From contig JAZOLE010000180.1 of the NCBI GenBank assembly GCA_045652835.1, positions 1-58,483 of the forward strand: DNA of 58,483 nt, in the 5' to 3' direction. Source of the stretch: Eubacteriales bacterium (GTDB lineage Bacteria; Bacillota; Clostridia; Oscillospirales; CAG-272). The translations under genes and the position numbers were made by a program. Shown piece by piece: positions 39,642 to 49,344 of this stretch (position 1 is its first letter; each line of letters starts with the position of its first letter). Under the pieces are notes generated by a model. It made no database searches. It was not told the DNA's origin and saw only the letters and a list, made by a program, of their open reading frames with translations.

Positions 39642-40406
39642 ATGAAACGTATTCTGAAATATACTCTTATCGTTTTATTCTGGATAGGGCTTTGGTGGTT
39701 AGCCGCCATCATCGTAGGATTGCCGCTCATTCTGCCCTCGCCCATTGACGTTTTGGTCAAGCTTGGGCAAATGAGCGTCACCTCGCTATTTTGGCGCGTG
39801 ATGCTGATATCTTCGGTGCGTGTGTTAATTGGCATATTGCTCTCGTATTCAGCAGCATTCGCGCTTGCCCTGTTATGTCACCGCATCAAATTCTTGTATG
39901 ACTTTTTCATGCCTGCGATCTCGGTCATCAAGACAACGCCCGTCACTTCCTTTATCCTGATCGCTTTTGTGCTCATGCATCGCGATCTGATACCCGGATT
40001 GATCGCTGCACTGATCGTATTCCCCGTTGTGTTTTCCAATACGACAGAGGGGCTGCGTGCAGCGCGTCCTGAGCTGCTCGAAACCGCAACCGCCTACAAA
40101 TTGAGCTTTTATGATAAAGTCAAGTGTATATGGCTGCCTACCTTGCGTCCATTTATGATCTCGGCAGCAGGCGCATCTGTCGGCCTTGCCATTAAAGCGG
40201 GGATCGCTGCAGAAGTGCTGATCTGCCCTGAAGTTTCGGTCGGCAAATACATTTTCAACGCCAAGCAAAACATGGAATACGTGGAGTTGTTTGCTTGGAC
40301 GGTTGCTATTGTTGTGTTTAGTTATTTGCTGGATCTTGCCTTCAAGCTTGCGCTCAAACGGGTAAAACGCAAAACGAGAAAGGAGGCTGTCGTTTATGAA
40401 AATTAA
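39642..40406 (+). CDS. ABC transporter permease
   Basis: 6 TM segments and an EAA-like loop (TEGLRAARPELLETATAYKLS). Confidence 0.8.
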   Translation: MKRILKYTLIVLFWIGLWWLAAIIVGLPLILPSPIDVLVKLGQMSVTSLFWRVMLISSVRVLIGILLSYSAAFALALLCHRIKFLYDFFMPAISVIKTTPVTSFILIAFVLMHRDLIPGLIAALIVFPVVFSNTTEGLRAARPELLETATAYKLSFYDKVKCIWLPTLRPFMISAAGASVGLAIKAGIAAEVLICPEVSVGKYIFNAKQNMEYVELFAWTVAIVVFSYLLDLAFKLALKRVKRKTRKEAVVYEN

Positions 40407-40965
40407 GCAGCTCAACTTCTCCTTTGAAGAAAATCAGATTTTTAAGAATCTCAATTTAGAGATTCAAGAGGGTTGTATTACCGCGCTCATGGCACCCTCG
40501 GGACACGGGAAAAGCACGTTGCTCAGACTAATCGCAGGACTGCTCAAGCCGCAAAGCGGCAGCATTGACATCGGCAATCAAACGGTTGGCATCATGTTCC
40601 AGGACCCGCGCCTGTTCGGACAGTTGAACGCGCTGCAAAACGTTACGCTGGTTATGAAAGACAAGACAAACAAGCATTCGCAAGTAATGCGGCTTCTCGA
40701 AGCGTTTGACGTGGCAGATGCAGCGGATAAATATCCCGAGGAGCTTTCGGGAGGCATGGCAAAGCGCGTCAGCCTAGCACGTGCAATTGCATATAATGCC
40801 GATATTTTGCTTCTGGACGAGCCTTTCTCGGCTTTGGACACAAATACCAAGGCAGACGTTATGGCAGCTGCCAAATCGTTATTACGCGGCAAAACCGTAC
40901 TGCTGGTGACGCATGACGCGCAAGAGGCAGCAGCGTTTGCCGACACGGTCGTATATCTTCCCTGA
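40396..40965 (+). CDS. ABC transporter ATP-binding protein (short)
   Basis: Walker A at APSGHGKST, LSGGMAKRVSLARA signature, LLLDEPFSALD Walker B. Confidence 0.85.
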   Translation: MKIKQLNFSFEENQIFKNLNLEIQEGCITALMAPSGHGKSTLLRLIAGLLKPQSGSIDIGNQTVGIMFQDPRLFGQLNALQNVTLVMKDKTNKHSQVMRLLEAFDVADAADKYPEELSGGMAKRVSLARAIAYNADILLLDEPFSALDTNTKADVMAAAKSLLRGKTVLLVTHDAQEAAAFADTVVYLP

Positions 40966-40975
40966 CTCTAAAAAT

Positions 40976-41026
40976 AAATAAAGCACTTACGCCAACGGTC
41001 TATCCGTCATCGTAAGTGCTTTATTT
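40976..41026. terminator. bidirectional terminator hairpin
   Basis: 12-bp stem AAAGCACTTACG/CGTAAGTGCTTT with A/T-rich flanks. Confidence 0.6.
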
Positions 41027-42139
41027 TTATGCTTTTGTAACCTCTGTCGGCTTATCCTCCAACAAACGAAGATCAAGCAGCTCTGCGATCAAAAGCAGCA
41101 TAAGATCCTTTTCCCTTTTGTCCAGATCATGAAACGTTCTGATCATGATAATAACGTGCTTGAGACTGCGTGCATTGAGCTCGGATAGCGTTTTGACACC
41201 GGTAGATTCAAGCATACCAAACAAAACGTCCACAAAATGCTTTCTCGCAGCTATGGGGAGCGCATGTACGCGTTCATTCAGAAGCGCGGTATTGCCAACG
41301 CCCTTTGCCAATTTTTTGGCTCTTACAAAGTTTGCGCCCATAACCTCCCATGACACCGCATCATGCTGGAACACACCAACCTGTTTGCTTTTTACAACCC
41401 TGCGCTTTTCCTTGTTCTCAAAAAACATACCAATTACCGAATTTTGCGGCATGTAAATATGGAATTTATATTCTGCCTCTTTGTATTCGGGCAATTCCGT
41501 AAACGCTCGAGAAAAGCCGGGGCCATCGTTACTGAAAGCGGCTACAATTCTCTTTTTATGCTCGGGAGCACATTTGACAGTTGCATATAAAGCCAAATGC
41601 CCTCCTTTTGAATGTCCGCCTATATAGAAATTTCCGCTTTGTGCATCGCAAACCGCATTCACGTATTGCACGACGCGGCGCTGCGATGGAATCTCGTCCA
41701 AAAACAGCAGATTGAAATCCTCTTTCCAACCAACAATGGTATCATCCGTGCCACGAACGCTGATATAGGAAATCGTATCCTTAAGCTTGATAGTCAAAGC
41801 GCAAAATTGCTTTTCTTCCTCCAAATCTACCTCGTTGACAAACGCTGAAAGCTGCAAATTGGCAAATCGTTTGCATTCCGCCATCATGCGGAACATTTTG
41901 TAGATATGGGGTGAGATAACCAATCCGGGGCGCTGATTCTTTTTAATATCGTTTTCAAAGAAAAACTGCATTGCGGCTTGCTTAATAGTCACAGAAGGTG
42001 CAGATGGATCAGGTGACACTATGCCGGTGAAATCAATAAAAGCAAGTAAGGATAACAGCAAATTATCAACTTCGCCCAGCTTGACTTGTTCAAACGTAAT
42101 ATCTCCACGCCACTTCAGATAATCAATGATGTTTGCCAT
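41027..42139 (-). CDS. Mbeg1-like (DUF2974) alpha/beta-hydrolase protein
   Basis: NIIDYLKWRGDITF N-terminus, GGHSKGGHLA nucleophile elbow. AAAGGAGA lies before the ATG at 42139. Confidence 0.7.
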   Translation of the reverse strand: MANIIDYLKWRGDITFEQVKLGEVDNLLLSLLAFIDFTGIVSPDPSAPSVTIKQAAMQFFFENDIKKNQRPGLVISPHIYKMFRMMAECKRFANLQLSAFVNEVDLEEEKQFCALTIKLKDTISYISVRGTDDTIVGWKEDFNLLFLDEIPSQRRVVQYVNAVCDAQSGNFYIGGHSKGGHLALYATVKCAPEHKKRIVAAFSNDGPGFSRAFTELPEYKEAEYKFHIYMPQNSVIGMFFENKEKRRVVKSKQVGVFQHDAVSWEVMGANFVRAKKLAKGVGNTALLNERVHALPIAARKHFVDVLFGMLESTGVKTLSELNARSLKHVIIMIRTFHDLDKREKDLMLLLIAELLDLRLLEDKPTEVTKA

Positions 42140-42177
42140 AGCAGATTCTCCTTTCACTGCAAGAATTTTGTTGGAAA

Positions 42178-44769
42178 TTAAATGCTTACCGCACGATAAA
42201 CGCCCGATCCAACGCACAAGGTTTCATCTTCAGGGCAAGCTTCTTTAAAGCCATGCTCGGAAGTAATCTCAACCCCTTCGCCAAACGAAAGAATAGCATG
42301 CGTATTGGCAGGTACCTCTACTTGGTACACATAACCCTTATCGGTTTTATCCGCGCACACCCGAATCGTACCGTACTGACACTCGTAAGTTACAGCAACA
42401 TGATCCACACCCGAAACATGGCAGGGCTGAATTACAAAGGTCTTAAATCCGGGCTCTGCAGGACGAATACCGCCAAGATAAGCATAATAGATATATGCAA
42501 ACCCTGCGTGCATGGGGTGATTGTAGGAAGCAACACCCTTAGTGCGATCGGTTTCCACGTGATGCATATCAAGAGACTCCCAAACAGAAGTCGCTCCATC
42601 ATCCATCATGGTACCGAAGCTGGTATGTCTGCGGTTGAACAGAATCTCCATGGCAGCATCCCCCATTCCCTCTTCAAACAAAAGCGGAATGAGATATTTG
42701 TTGCCGTATATACCTGTGCTCATTGCATAATCATCCGCTACAATGCTGTTACGCAAGGATGCAAGCAATGCTTCTCTATCATACTCGGGGTAAACGCCGA
42801 GTGTAAGTGCTACTGCATCGGAAGCCCAAGTGCCATAGGTATGCTTGTCGTGGTCATAATAATGACGTATGAAGGATTCGGCAATACGATCCGCAAGATC
42901 AGTATAGTACTTTGCATTGCCATAGCCAAATTGATTGCTCAGCTCAGCCATCTTGATACAGATCTCATAGAACATCAGCGTAGAAGAATGCGGAACGGGA
43001 ATTCTGCGCGAACTTCCCTCTCCACCGGGCGGACACCAGTCGCCAAGACCTACTGTAATGATATAGTCCTCTGCCCTTGCAAGCTCATGCTCTACCCAAG
43101 CCTGCATCAAATCCCAATTCTCTGTCACAGCCTTGGAGTCATTGCAATAATGATACAGCCAATACGGAATGATGATCTGTGCACATCCCCACAACGGAGA
43201 TGCCTCGCCACAGCCTCGTTTGCCCGGGGCAATCATGGTCCAAGTTCCATAAACTTCTTTTTGCGTGCGGATATCGCCAAGATACTTCTCATACGCAGCA
43301 ATCATGTTATAATTCATAATTCCCGTGTTGCAAACGATTTGCGCATCTCCCAACCAGCCGCATTTTTCGCGTGCAGGACAATCTTCGGGCAATCCGTGGT
43401 AGTTGGAGCGGAAAGTGCGGCAAATCAGCGTGTGAAGCAAATTCAGGTCATCAGACGATGATTCAAACGTACCGTTCTGTTCCAGATCGGTAGAGAGCGC
43501 ACAGCCGACCACCATATCAATCTCCGGCATCTTTCCGTATTGATAGCAATAATCAACACCTGTTACTTCAACGTAACGGAATCCGTGATAGGTAAAACGC
43601 GGACGCCAGATCTCCCCCTCCGGTGCTCCACTTGCAACGTAAATGTCCTGCTGTATGCATTGCGTTGCAAAAGTACCTGTAGAGCGGAAGTCAAGCTGAC
43701 CTGCCGCATTAAGCGTTTCTGCAAAGCGGAAAACATAAATATGCCCCCTGGAAGAACGCGGGATTCTGAACTCAGCAACACCTGCAAAATTCTCACCCAT
43801 ATCAAAAATCCATGCACCGTCATCTTTGCCGCAATTAGGTGTCACGCTTACTGCAGGAATGCGCCTGATCACTCGAACAGGCGGCATATTACAGGGCTTG
43901 AGCTCTCCCTTGGGAACAGAGTCTACAATGCATTCTCCCCAGCCGAGATCGCTTCCTTCTGCGCAAGCGAAATCGGGCGTTTCAAGTCTTGCATCATAGG
44001 TTTCTCCGCCGTAAATATTATTGAGCACAATAGGACTCTTTTTGCATTTCCACGTAGTATCGGTCACGATTGCATCACGTGTACCGTCCTCATATTCGAT
44101 CTCCAATCGCGCAATCAAACAAACATTGCCGTAGCTGAAACCGCCATAGATCCAAACCTGACTCTGCTCGTAAAATCCCTCTCCAAGCCAAGCCACTACA
44201 GCATTCTTTTCAGCTATCAAAGAAGTTACATCATAAGCACGGTACAAAATCTCTTTTTCATAATTCGTCATGGGAGGATCAATATAATCATCCGCTATTT
44301 TTTGCCCGTTGATGTAATATTCTGCACAGCCAAGACCGCATGCATACAGCACCGCACGACGCACACCGGACTTTGCTTCAAACTTTTTGCGCATATAAGG
44401 CGACCAACTGACAGTGTGATCTGCAGGAGTGATCCATTGTGCTTGCCACATATCGGCATATAACTCAGTGGAAAATGCAAGAGACGCTATAGCAGTTCGA
44501 TCATAGTTATCCTTGACGCAAAGATTCCACACGTATTCGGTTGCAGGTTGCAAAAACAGCTCATCAAACGTGATATCACAAGACTGATCAGATTCTACAG
44601 TATCGGAATCAAAAACGATTTCGGTATCCTTACAAACGGTTACACGATACGTTTTCTGAATTAAGTTCTCACGATTGGATTTCATTTTCCATGAAAATCT
44701 GATGCCGTGGGTTCTTGCGAGATTGGGCGATGGATTATGATCAATTCTTAAATCAAACAGTTGCAGCAT
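42178..44769 (-). CDS. alpha-L-rhamnosidase (GH78)
   Basis: The IRFSWKM N-terminal domain, DCPAREKCGWLGDAQI and the six-hairpin C-terminal region are typical of GH78. Confidence 0.85.
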   Translation of the reverse strand: MLQLFDLRIDHNPSPNLARTHGIRFSWKMKSNRENLIQKTYRVTVCKDTEIVFDSDTVESDQSCDITFDELFLQPATEYVWNLCVKDNYDRTAIASLAFSTELYADMWQAQWITPADHTVSWSPYMRKKFEAKSGVRRAVLYACGLGCAEYYINGQKIADDYIDPPMTNYEKEILYRAYDVTSLIAEKNAVVAWLGEGFYEQSQVWIYGGFSYGNVCLIARLEIEYEDGTRDAIVTDTTWKCKKSPIVLNNIYGGETYDARLETPDFACAEGSDLGWGECIVDSVPKGELKPCNMPPVRVIRRIPAVSVTPNCGKDDGAWIFDMGENFAGVAEFRIPRSSRGHIYVFRFAETLNAAGQLDFRSTGTFATQCIQQDIYVASGAPEGEIWRPRFTYHGFRYVEVTGVDYCYQYGKMPEIDMVVGCALSTDLEQNGTFESSSDDLNLLHTLICRTFRSNYHGLPEDCPAREKCGWLGDAQIVCNTGIMNYNMIAAYEKYLGDIRTQKEVYGTWTMIAPGKRGCGEASPLWGCAQIIIPYWLYHYCNDSKAVTENWDLMQAWVEHELARAEDYIITVGLGDWCPPGGEGSSRRIPVPHSSTLMFYEICIKMAELSNQFGYGNAKYYTDLADRIAESFIRHYYDHDKHTYGTWASDAVALTLGVYPEYDREALLASLRNSIVADDYAMSTGIYGNKYLIPLLFEEGMGDAAMEILFNRRHTSFGTMMDDGATSVWESLDMHHVETDRTKGVASYNHPMHAGFAYIYYAYLGGIRPAEPGFKTFVIQPCHVSGVDHVAVTYECQYGTIRVCADKTDKGYVYQVEVPANTHAILSFGEGVEITSEHGFKEACPEDETLCVGSGVYRAVSI

Positions 44770-45387
44770 TTTCGGCCTCCGTTTCGGTATTTATTCTCCA
44801 CAATCATTATAACAGATATTTTCACGATAGTCAATTTTTAATGCAGAAAAATTCCAATGTTTTTCGTGCATATTTGCACTCGAATCAATATTTGGTGAAA
44901 TATAAACAAATTATCGAACTAAAATTGTTTCTTTCGCATAATGCAAATAAAACAATCTATCATTTTGTGCACTTTGACCACGATGCAGCAGCACAACCGG
45001 GTACGACAAAACGCCGTTCCTCAAGCTAGCACTTAGTGCGTGCATTTGCCATCCGCAAGGCACCACCTTTTCTGCATGTCCGTATTTCCCTTATATTTCA
45101 ATGGTTATTCTGCATGCACAATCAGTTTAGTTTGCTATACTTGCACAAAATCATGTCCAACAGCACGCTTCGAGAGTGCGTTTTTCGTGTTATTCAACAC
45201 GACAATTGTGTCGTGCCCGCGTGCACATCTGTGAATATTGAATTTCACAATAATTTGCTTGGTTTTTACGCTTTTTTGCTATTTTCAATCGTTATTTATA
45301 TCGATTTTATTGATTTTCATTGATTTTTGATATTTATCACTTTGTAATGAAATTGCATATTTCCATAAGCTATTTTTGCAAATTCTA

Positions 45388-45416
45388 TTGACAAAAGTGC
45401 AGTTCTCAGCTAAAAT
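45388..45416 (+). promoter_or_regulatory. sigma-A type promoter of the LRR gene
   Basis: TTGACA, 17-nt spacer, TAAAAT. Confidence 0.6.
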
Positions 45417-45472
45417 AAATGCACGATAAACAGATTTTGATTCCAGTATTTCGAGGAAAGTGAGGTATCGCC

Positions 45473-46135
45473 ATGCAGCAAATGAAAACATCAGCAGGAC
45501 TTGTGTTTACCGCAATCAACGAAAATGAATGTGCCCTTTCCGGCATCGGCACCTGCGCAGATCGCAATATTGTGATCCCTACCGAGCATATGGGAAGAAC
45601 CGTTACACAGATCGCAGACATGGCTTTCGCACAAAACAGCGAGATCACATCGGTTTACGTTCCCGCATCTGTGAAGGCAATCGGAGATTACGCGTTTGCT
45701 TGGTGTCACGCTCTCTGCTCGGTCACCTTTGAAAACCACGGTGTAACCGCTATCGGTGAGCGCTGCTTTATCGGCTGCGACAGCATGTCCACCCTTTACC
45801 TCGGAGACGCAATCCGCACAATCGGAGAAAAGGCTTTTGCATTCTGTTCCTCGCTGCAAACCCTGACGCTTCCCTACGGCACAAGAGAGGTTGGTCATTC
45901 CGCATTTGAAGGCTGCAGATCGTTGGCATCCGTTTCGCTCCCCGAAACGCTTGACACTCTGCCCAACAATATGTTCGGTGCCTGCATTTCGCTGACAGAC
46001 GTTTCGCTGTCCTCTTTGACCAAATCGATCGGCTACTATGCATTTTCTTACTGCCGCAATCTGCGCAACATCAACGTAGGCAGCGCCCTTGTTGACGAGC
46101 AAGCGTTCCTTGGTTGCGAGGCTTTAGCAAGCTAA
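45473..46135 (+). CDS. BspA-type leucine-rich-repeat protein (no signal peptide seen)
   Basis: About 23-aa repeats of the form I..IG..AF..C..L..V.LP. GTGAGG RBS. Confidence 0.75.
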   Translation: MQQMKTSAGLVFTAINENECALSGIGTCADRNIVIPTEHMGRTVTQIADMAFAQNSEITSVYVPASVKAIGDYAFAWCHALCSVTFENHGVTAIGERCFIGCDSMSTLYLGDAIRTIGEKAFAFCSSLQTLTLPYGTREVGHSAFEGCRSLASVSLPETLDTLPNNMFGACISLTDVSLSSLTKSIGYYAFSYCRNLRNINVGSALVDEQAFLGCEALAS

Positions 46136-46156
46136 AGAAAACACGGAGACAATATA

Positions 46157-46190
46157 ACAGACCGAAAAATCAATTTCGGTCTGTTTTTTA
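46157..46190 (+). terminator. intrinsic terminator
   Basis: ACAGACCGAAAaatcaaTTTCGGTCTGTttttt. Confidence 0.8.
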
Positions 46191-46274
46191 TTTGCGAATT
46201 TTTCCAAAACACTTGAAATCATACTATATGTATGGTATACTTGTTTTATCCACCACATCATACGGAGGTTTAGT

Positions 46275-48797
46275 ATGAAAGATATTTTGAGTTTCGGAAA
46301 CGCAAAGTGGATTTCCTTTTGCTATCCCGGTCACACAGAGATTACGGAAATTTCTAATCCTTGGGAAAAGCTGAATCTGGCAGATCAGGCAAAACCGATC
46401 CAGAGCAGACATGGCCTTCCCCTGTTCCGCAAGAGCTTTAATGCAAGTAAAGCTGACAAAGTATCCATCAGCGCAACCGCTTTGGGTATCTTCGATCTGT
46501 ATTGTAATGGTAAACGCGTTGGTCGCATCGATGAAAATGGCAACGAGGTTTTTGATGAGCTCAAGCCCGGATACTACGAGTTCCAAAAAAGAGCACTTTA
46601 TTTCACTTATGACCTCTCCCCTTACATAGTAGATGGCGAAAACGTAATACTGGCAGCAGTTGCGCCCGGTTGGAGAAACGGCCGCATCTCCTTCGGTGCA
46701 TTTGAAAACGAGCCCGAAGCCTTTATTGCAGTTGTAAATGTAAACGATGACTCCTTCTGCACCGGTACAGATTGGCAGGCAACCTGGGGCGGCAGAGTTC
46801 GCGCAGCAGATATCTGGGATGGCGAACTGTACAATGCAAAGTACACCTCTTATGAAGAAATCAGCTGTGCCGGCTACGACACAACCGATTGGTGCACACC
46901 CACGATTGGTGAACACGATATTGAAATCACACCTTTCATCGGCCCGACTGTTATGGTTCGTCCCGAACTTACCAGAAAGCCTCTTACGCTGACCGTGCAT
47001 GAGGGTACTATTGATAACGGCACCGAGCACGGTGAGATCAACGTGGTTTATGCAGCCGAAAATCAGGATGCCGTCGTGCTCAAAAAGGGGCAGACCTTGA
47101 CCTACGACTTGGGTCAGAATATGGTTGGTTGGCCTGTCATCACTGTAAAGGGCGCAGCTAAAACAGCAATCCAGCTTCGTGCAGCGGAATTTTTGAATGA
47201 CAGCGGCTCTGAAGAACGCGGAAATGACGGTCCTAAGGGTTCTGTCTACACAATCAATTACCGTAGCGCAAGCGCAAAGGCATATTTTCTGCTCAATGGC
47301 GCACCCGAGGGTGAATTCTATCAGCCCACCTTCTCTTTCTTCGGCTTCCGTTATATTGAGATCGTAACTGACGCAGACATCGAGATTCTCTCATTTACTG
47401 CTAAGGTTATTGGCTCCGCCACACACGAAACAGGCAAAATGGAAACCTCCAACGCACTTGTAAACCAGTTGATCTCCAATATCATCTGGGGCCAGCGCGG
47501 CAACTACCTGTACGTTCCCACCGACTGTCCGCAGCGCGATGAGCGTCTTGGCTGGACCGGTGATACGCAGATTTTCTGCAACACCGCAGCATACAATGCT
47601 GACGTTCGCATGTTCTTCCACAAGTGGCTGCAGGATGCAAGAGACAGCCAGGCAAGCTGGGGCGGCTATCCCGACGTTATCCCTGCTGCGCGTGTCGTAG
47701 GTTGCGGCGGTGCTGCTTGGGGAGACGCAGGTATCATTGTTCCCTACGTGATGTGGAAGATGTATAATGACATAGACCTTTTGCGCGATCACTATGACTC
47801 CATGAAGAGATGCATGGATATGTTCGAGGCGCGTGACGTCAACATGCCCCATAAGCATGCAGCATACGGTGACTGGCTGGCATACGAGCCTACCGATCAC
47901 TGGATGGTTTCTGTTTGCTACGCTGCATTTGACGCTCGCCTGATGATCCAGATCGCAAGAGTGCTGGGCAAGGAAAAGGATGCTAAGCACTACGAAAAGA
48001 TCTTTGAGATGTACAAGGCGCATTACAATAAGTTCTACTGTGACGAAAACGGCGACCTGCTGCCTCAGCATCGCACTCAGACCGCATACCTGATGGGTCT
48101 GAAGTTCCAGCTGCTTCAGGAAAAGAACCGTCCTGCAGCCATTGCTGCTCTGCGTCAAAAGATCATTGATAACGGTCACAAACTGTCTACCGGCTTTGTG
48201 GGCACAGGCATCCTTGCACAGACACTTGCAGAGATCGGTGAAAACGATCTTGCATATTCCCTCTTGCTCCAGCGCGATAATCCCTCTTGGCTGTATTCTG
48301 TTGACCAGGGTGCTACCACCATTTGGGAGAGATGGAACTCTTACACGCTGGCAACCGGCTTTGGCAACGTGGCAATGAATTCGTTCAACCACTACGCTTA
48401 CGGTGCAATTCAGGAATGGATGTACAGACACGCAGCAGGTATTGAGTACGATCCTGCAGCGCCCGGATTCCAGCGCGCAATTCTTCAGCCCAAGCCTGAT
48501 ACCAGAACTGCCGAAGAACTGCCCGAAGGTCAGCAGAACATTACCTACATCAAGACCTCCTATGAGTCTTATCACGGCACAATCGTATCCAACTGGTCTA
48601 CCGAGAACGGATTTGACTATTATTGCGAGGTTCCCATGCCTACAAGACTGTATTTGCCCATTCTCACCAAGAATGACAGCTTCACCCTGAACGGTGTCAG
48701 CCACAAATTCTCCGAGTTCCACCAGGCGCCTTACAACGACAGACTCAATCGAATCGTGATTGACCTGGCTCCCGGTAAATATCAGTTTAACATGTAA
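46275..48797 (+). CDS. alpha-L-rhamnosidase (GH78), second paralogue
   Basis: DCPQRDERLGWTGDTQIF and NSFNHYAYGAI motifs. GGAGG RBS. Confidence 0.85.
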   Translation: MKDILSFGNAKWISFCYPGHTEITEISNPWEKLNLADQAKPIQSRHGLPLFRKSFNASKADKVSISATALGIFDLYCNGKRVGRIDENGNEVFDELKPGYYEFQKRALYFTYDLSPYIVDGENVILAAVAPGWRNGRISFGAFENEPEAFIAVVNVNDDSFCTGTDWQATWGGRVRAADIWDGELYNAKYTSYEEISCAGYDTTDWCTPTIGEHDIEITPFIGPTVMVRPELTRKPLTLTVHEGTIDNGTEHGEINVVYAAENQDAVVLKKGQTLTYDLGQNMVGWPVITVKGAAKTAIQLRAAEFLNDSGSEERGNDGPKGSVYTINYRSASAKAYFLLNGAPEGEFYQPTFSFFGFRYIEIVTDADIEILSFTAKVIGSATHETGKMETSNALVNQLISNIIWGQRGNYLYVPTDCPQRDERLGWTGDTQIFCNTAAYNADVRMFFHKWLQDARDSQASWGGYPDVIPAARVVGCGGAAWGDAGIIVPYVMWKMYNDIDLLRDHYDSMKRCMDMFEARDVNMPHKHAAYGDWLAYEPTDHWMVSVCYAAFDARLMIQIARVLGKEKDAKHYEKIFEMYKAHYNKFYCDENGDLLPQHRTQTAYLMGLKFQLLQEKNRPAAIAALRQKIIDNGHKLSTGFVGTGILAQTLAEIGENDLAYSLLLQRDNPSWLYSVDQGATTIWERWNSYTLATGFGNVAMNSFNHYAYGAIQEWMYRHAAGIEYDPAAPGFQRAILQPKPDTRTAEELPEGQQNITYIKTSYESYHGTIVSNWSTENGFDYYCEVPMPTRLYLPILTKNDSFTLNGVSHKFSEFHQAPYNDRLNRIVIDLAPGKYQFNM

Positions 48798-48804
48798 CTT
48801 AAAA

Positions 48805-48838
48805 GCAGCGACTGCCTTAATGGCAGCCGCTGTTTTTT
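48805..48838 (+). terminator. intrinsic terminator
   Basis: CAGCGACTGCCttaatGGCAGCCGCTG followed by TTTTTT. Confidence 0.75.
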
Positions 48839-48918
48839 GCTTAAATTTTGCTTATAAACTTGAAAAAACGCGCAAAGTGTGATACAATGTCATAGTAAAC
48901 ATAATCTTGGGAGGACAC

Positions 48919-49332
48919 ATGGAGATTCGTATTTATCATGCTCTGCCGGATCAAGCCAAACAGATCCGTATTACCGTATTTATGAACGAGCAGGGCTTTT
49001 GTGATGAATTTGACGCGCTGGACGAGCAATGCGTGCATCTTGTCGCCTATGACGGTGATCTTCCCACAGCCACATGTCGCGTCTGGCTTGCCGAGGATGG
49101 CTGGCGTGTGGGCAGACTTGCAGTAATACGAGAATATCGCGGCAAAGGGCTTGGAGGCTTGATGCTGCAGCATGCAGAGGCACACGCAAGGGCGTTTGGC
49201 GGTGTCAGCATTTCCCTGCACGCGCAATGCAGAGCCGAGACGTTTTATCGCAAGTATGGCTATACCCCCTACGGTAGCATCGACTACGAAGAGGGCGTAG
49301 AGCACGTGCATATGAGAAAGATTTTTGATTGA
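48919..49332 (+). CDS. GNAT-family N-acetyltransferase
   Basis: RLAVIREYRGKGLGGLMLQHAE acetyl-CoA (Q/RxxGxG) motif. GGGAGG lies before the ATG at 48919. Confidence 0.85.
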   Translation: MEIRIYHALPDQAKQIRITVFMNEQGFCDEFDALDEQCVHLVAYDGDLPTATCRVWLAEDGWRVGRLAVIREYRGKGLGGLMLQHAEAHARAFGGVSISLHAQCRAETFYRKYGYTPYGSIDYEEGVEHVHMRKIFD

Positions 49333-49344
49333 GAGGACGCTGAA

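Noticed and set aside
44715-45323. Track ORFs of 104, 95 and 64 aa in the GH78/LRR intergenic region.
   Set aside because: They have no RBS, unusual (Phe/Cys/His-rich) composition and overlapping frames. The region is better treated as non-coding.
45300-45335. Tandem 10-nt units (tgattttNNt) considered as a mini CRISPR array or satellite.
   Set aside because: There are only three degenerate units with no spacers. This is far too short for CRISPR and is reported instead as phased A/T-tract motifs.
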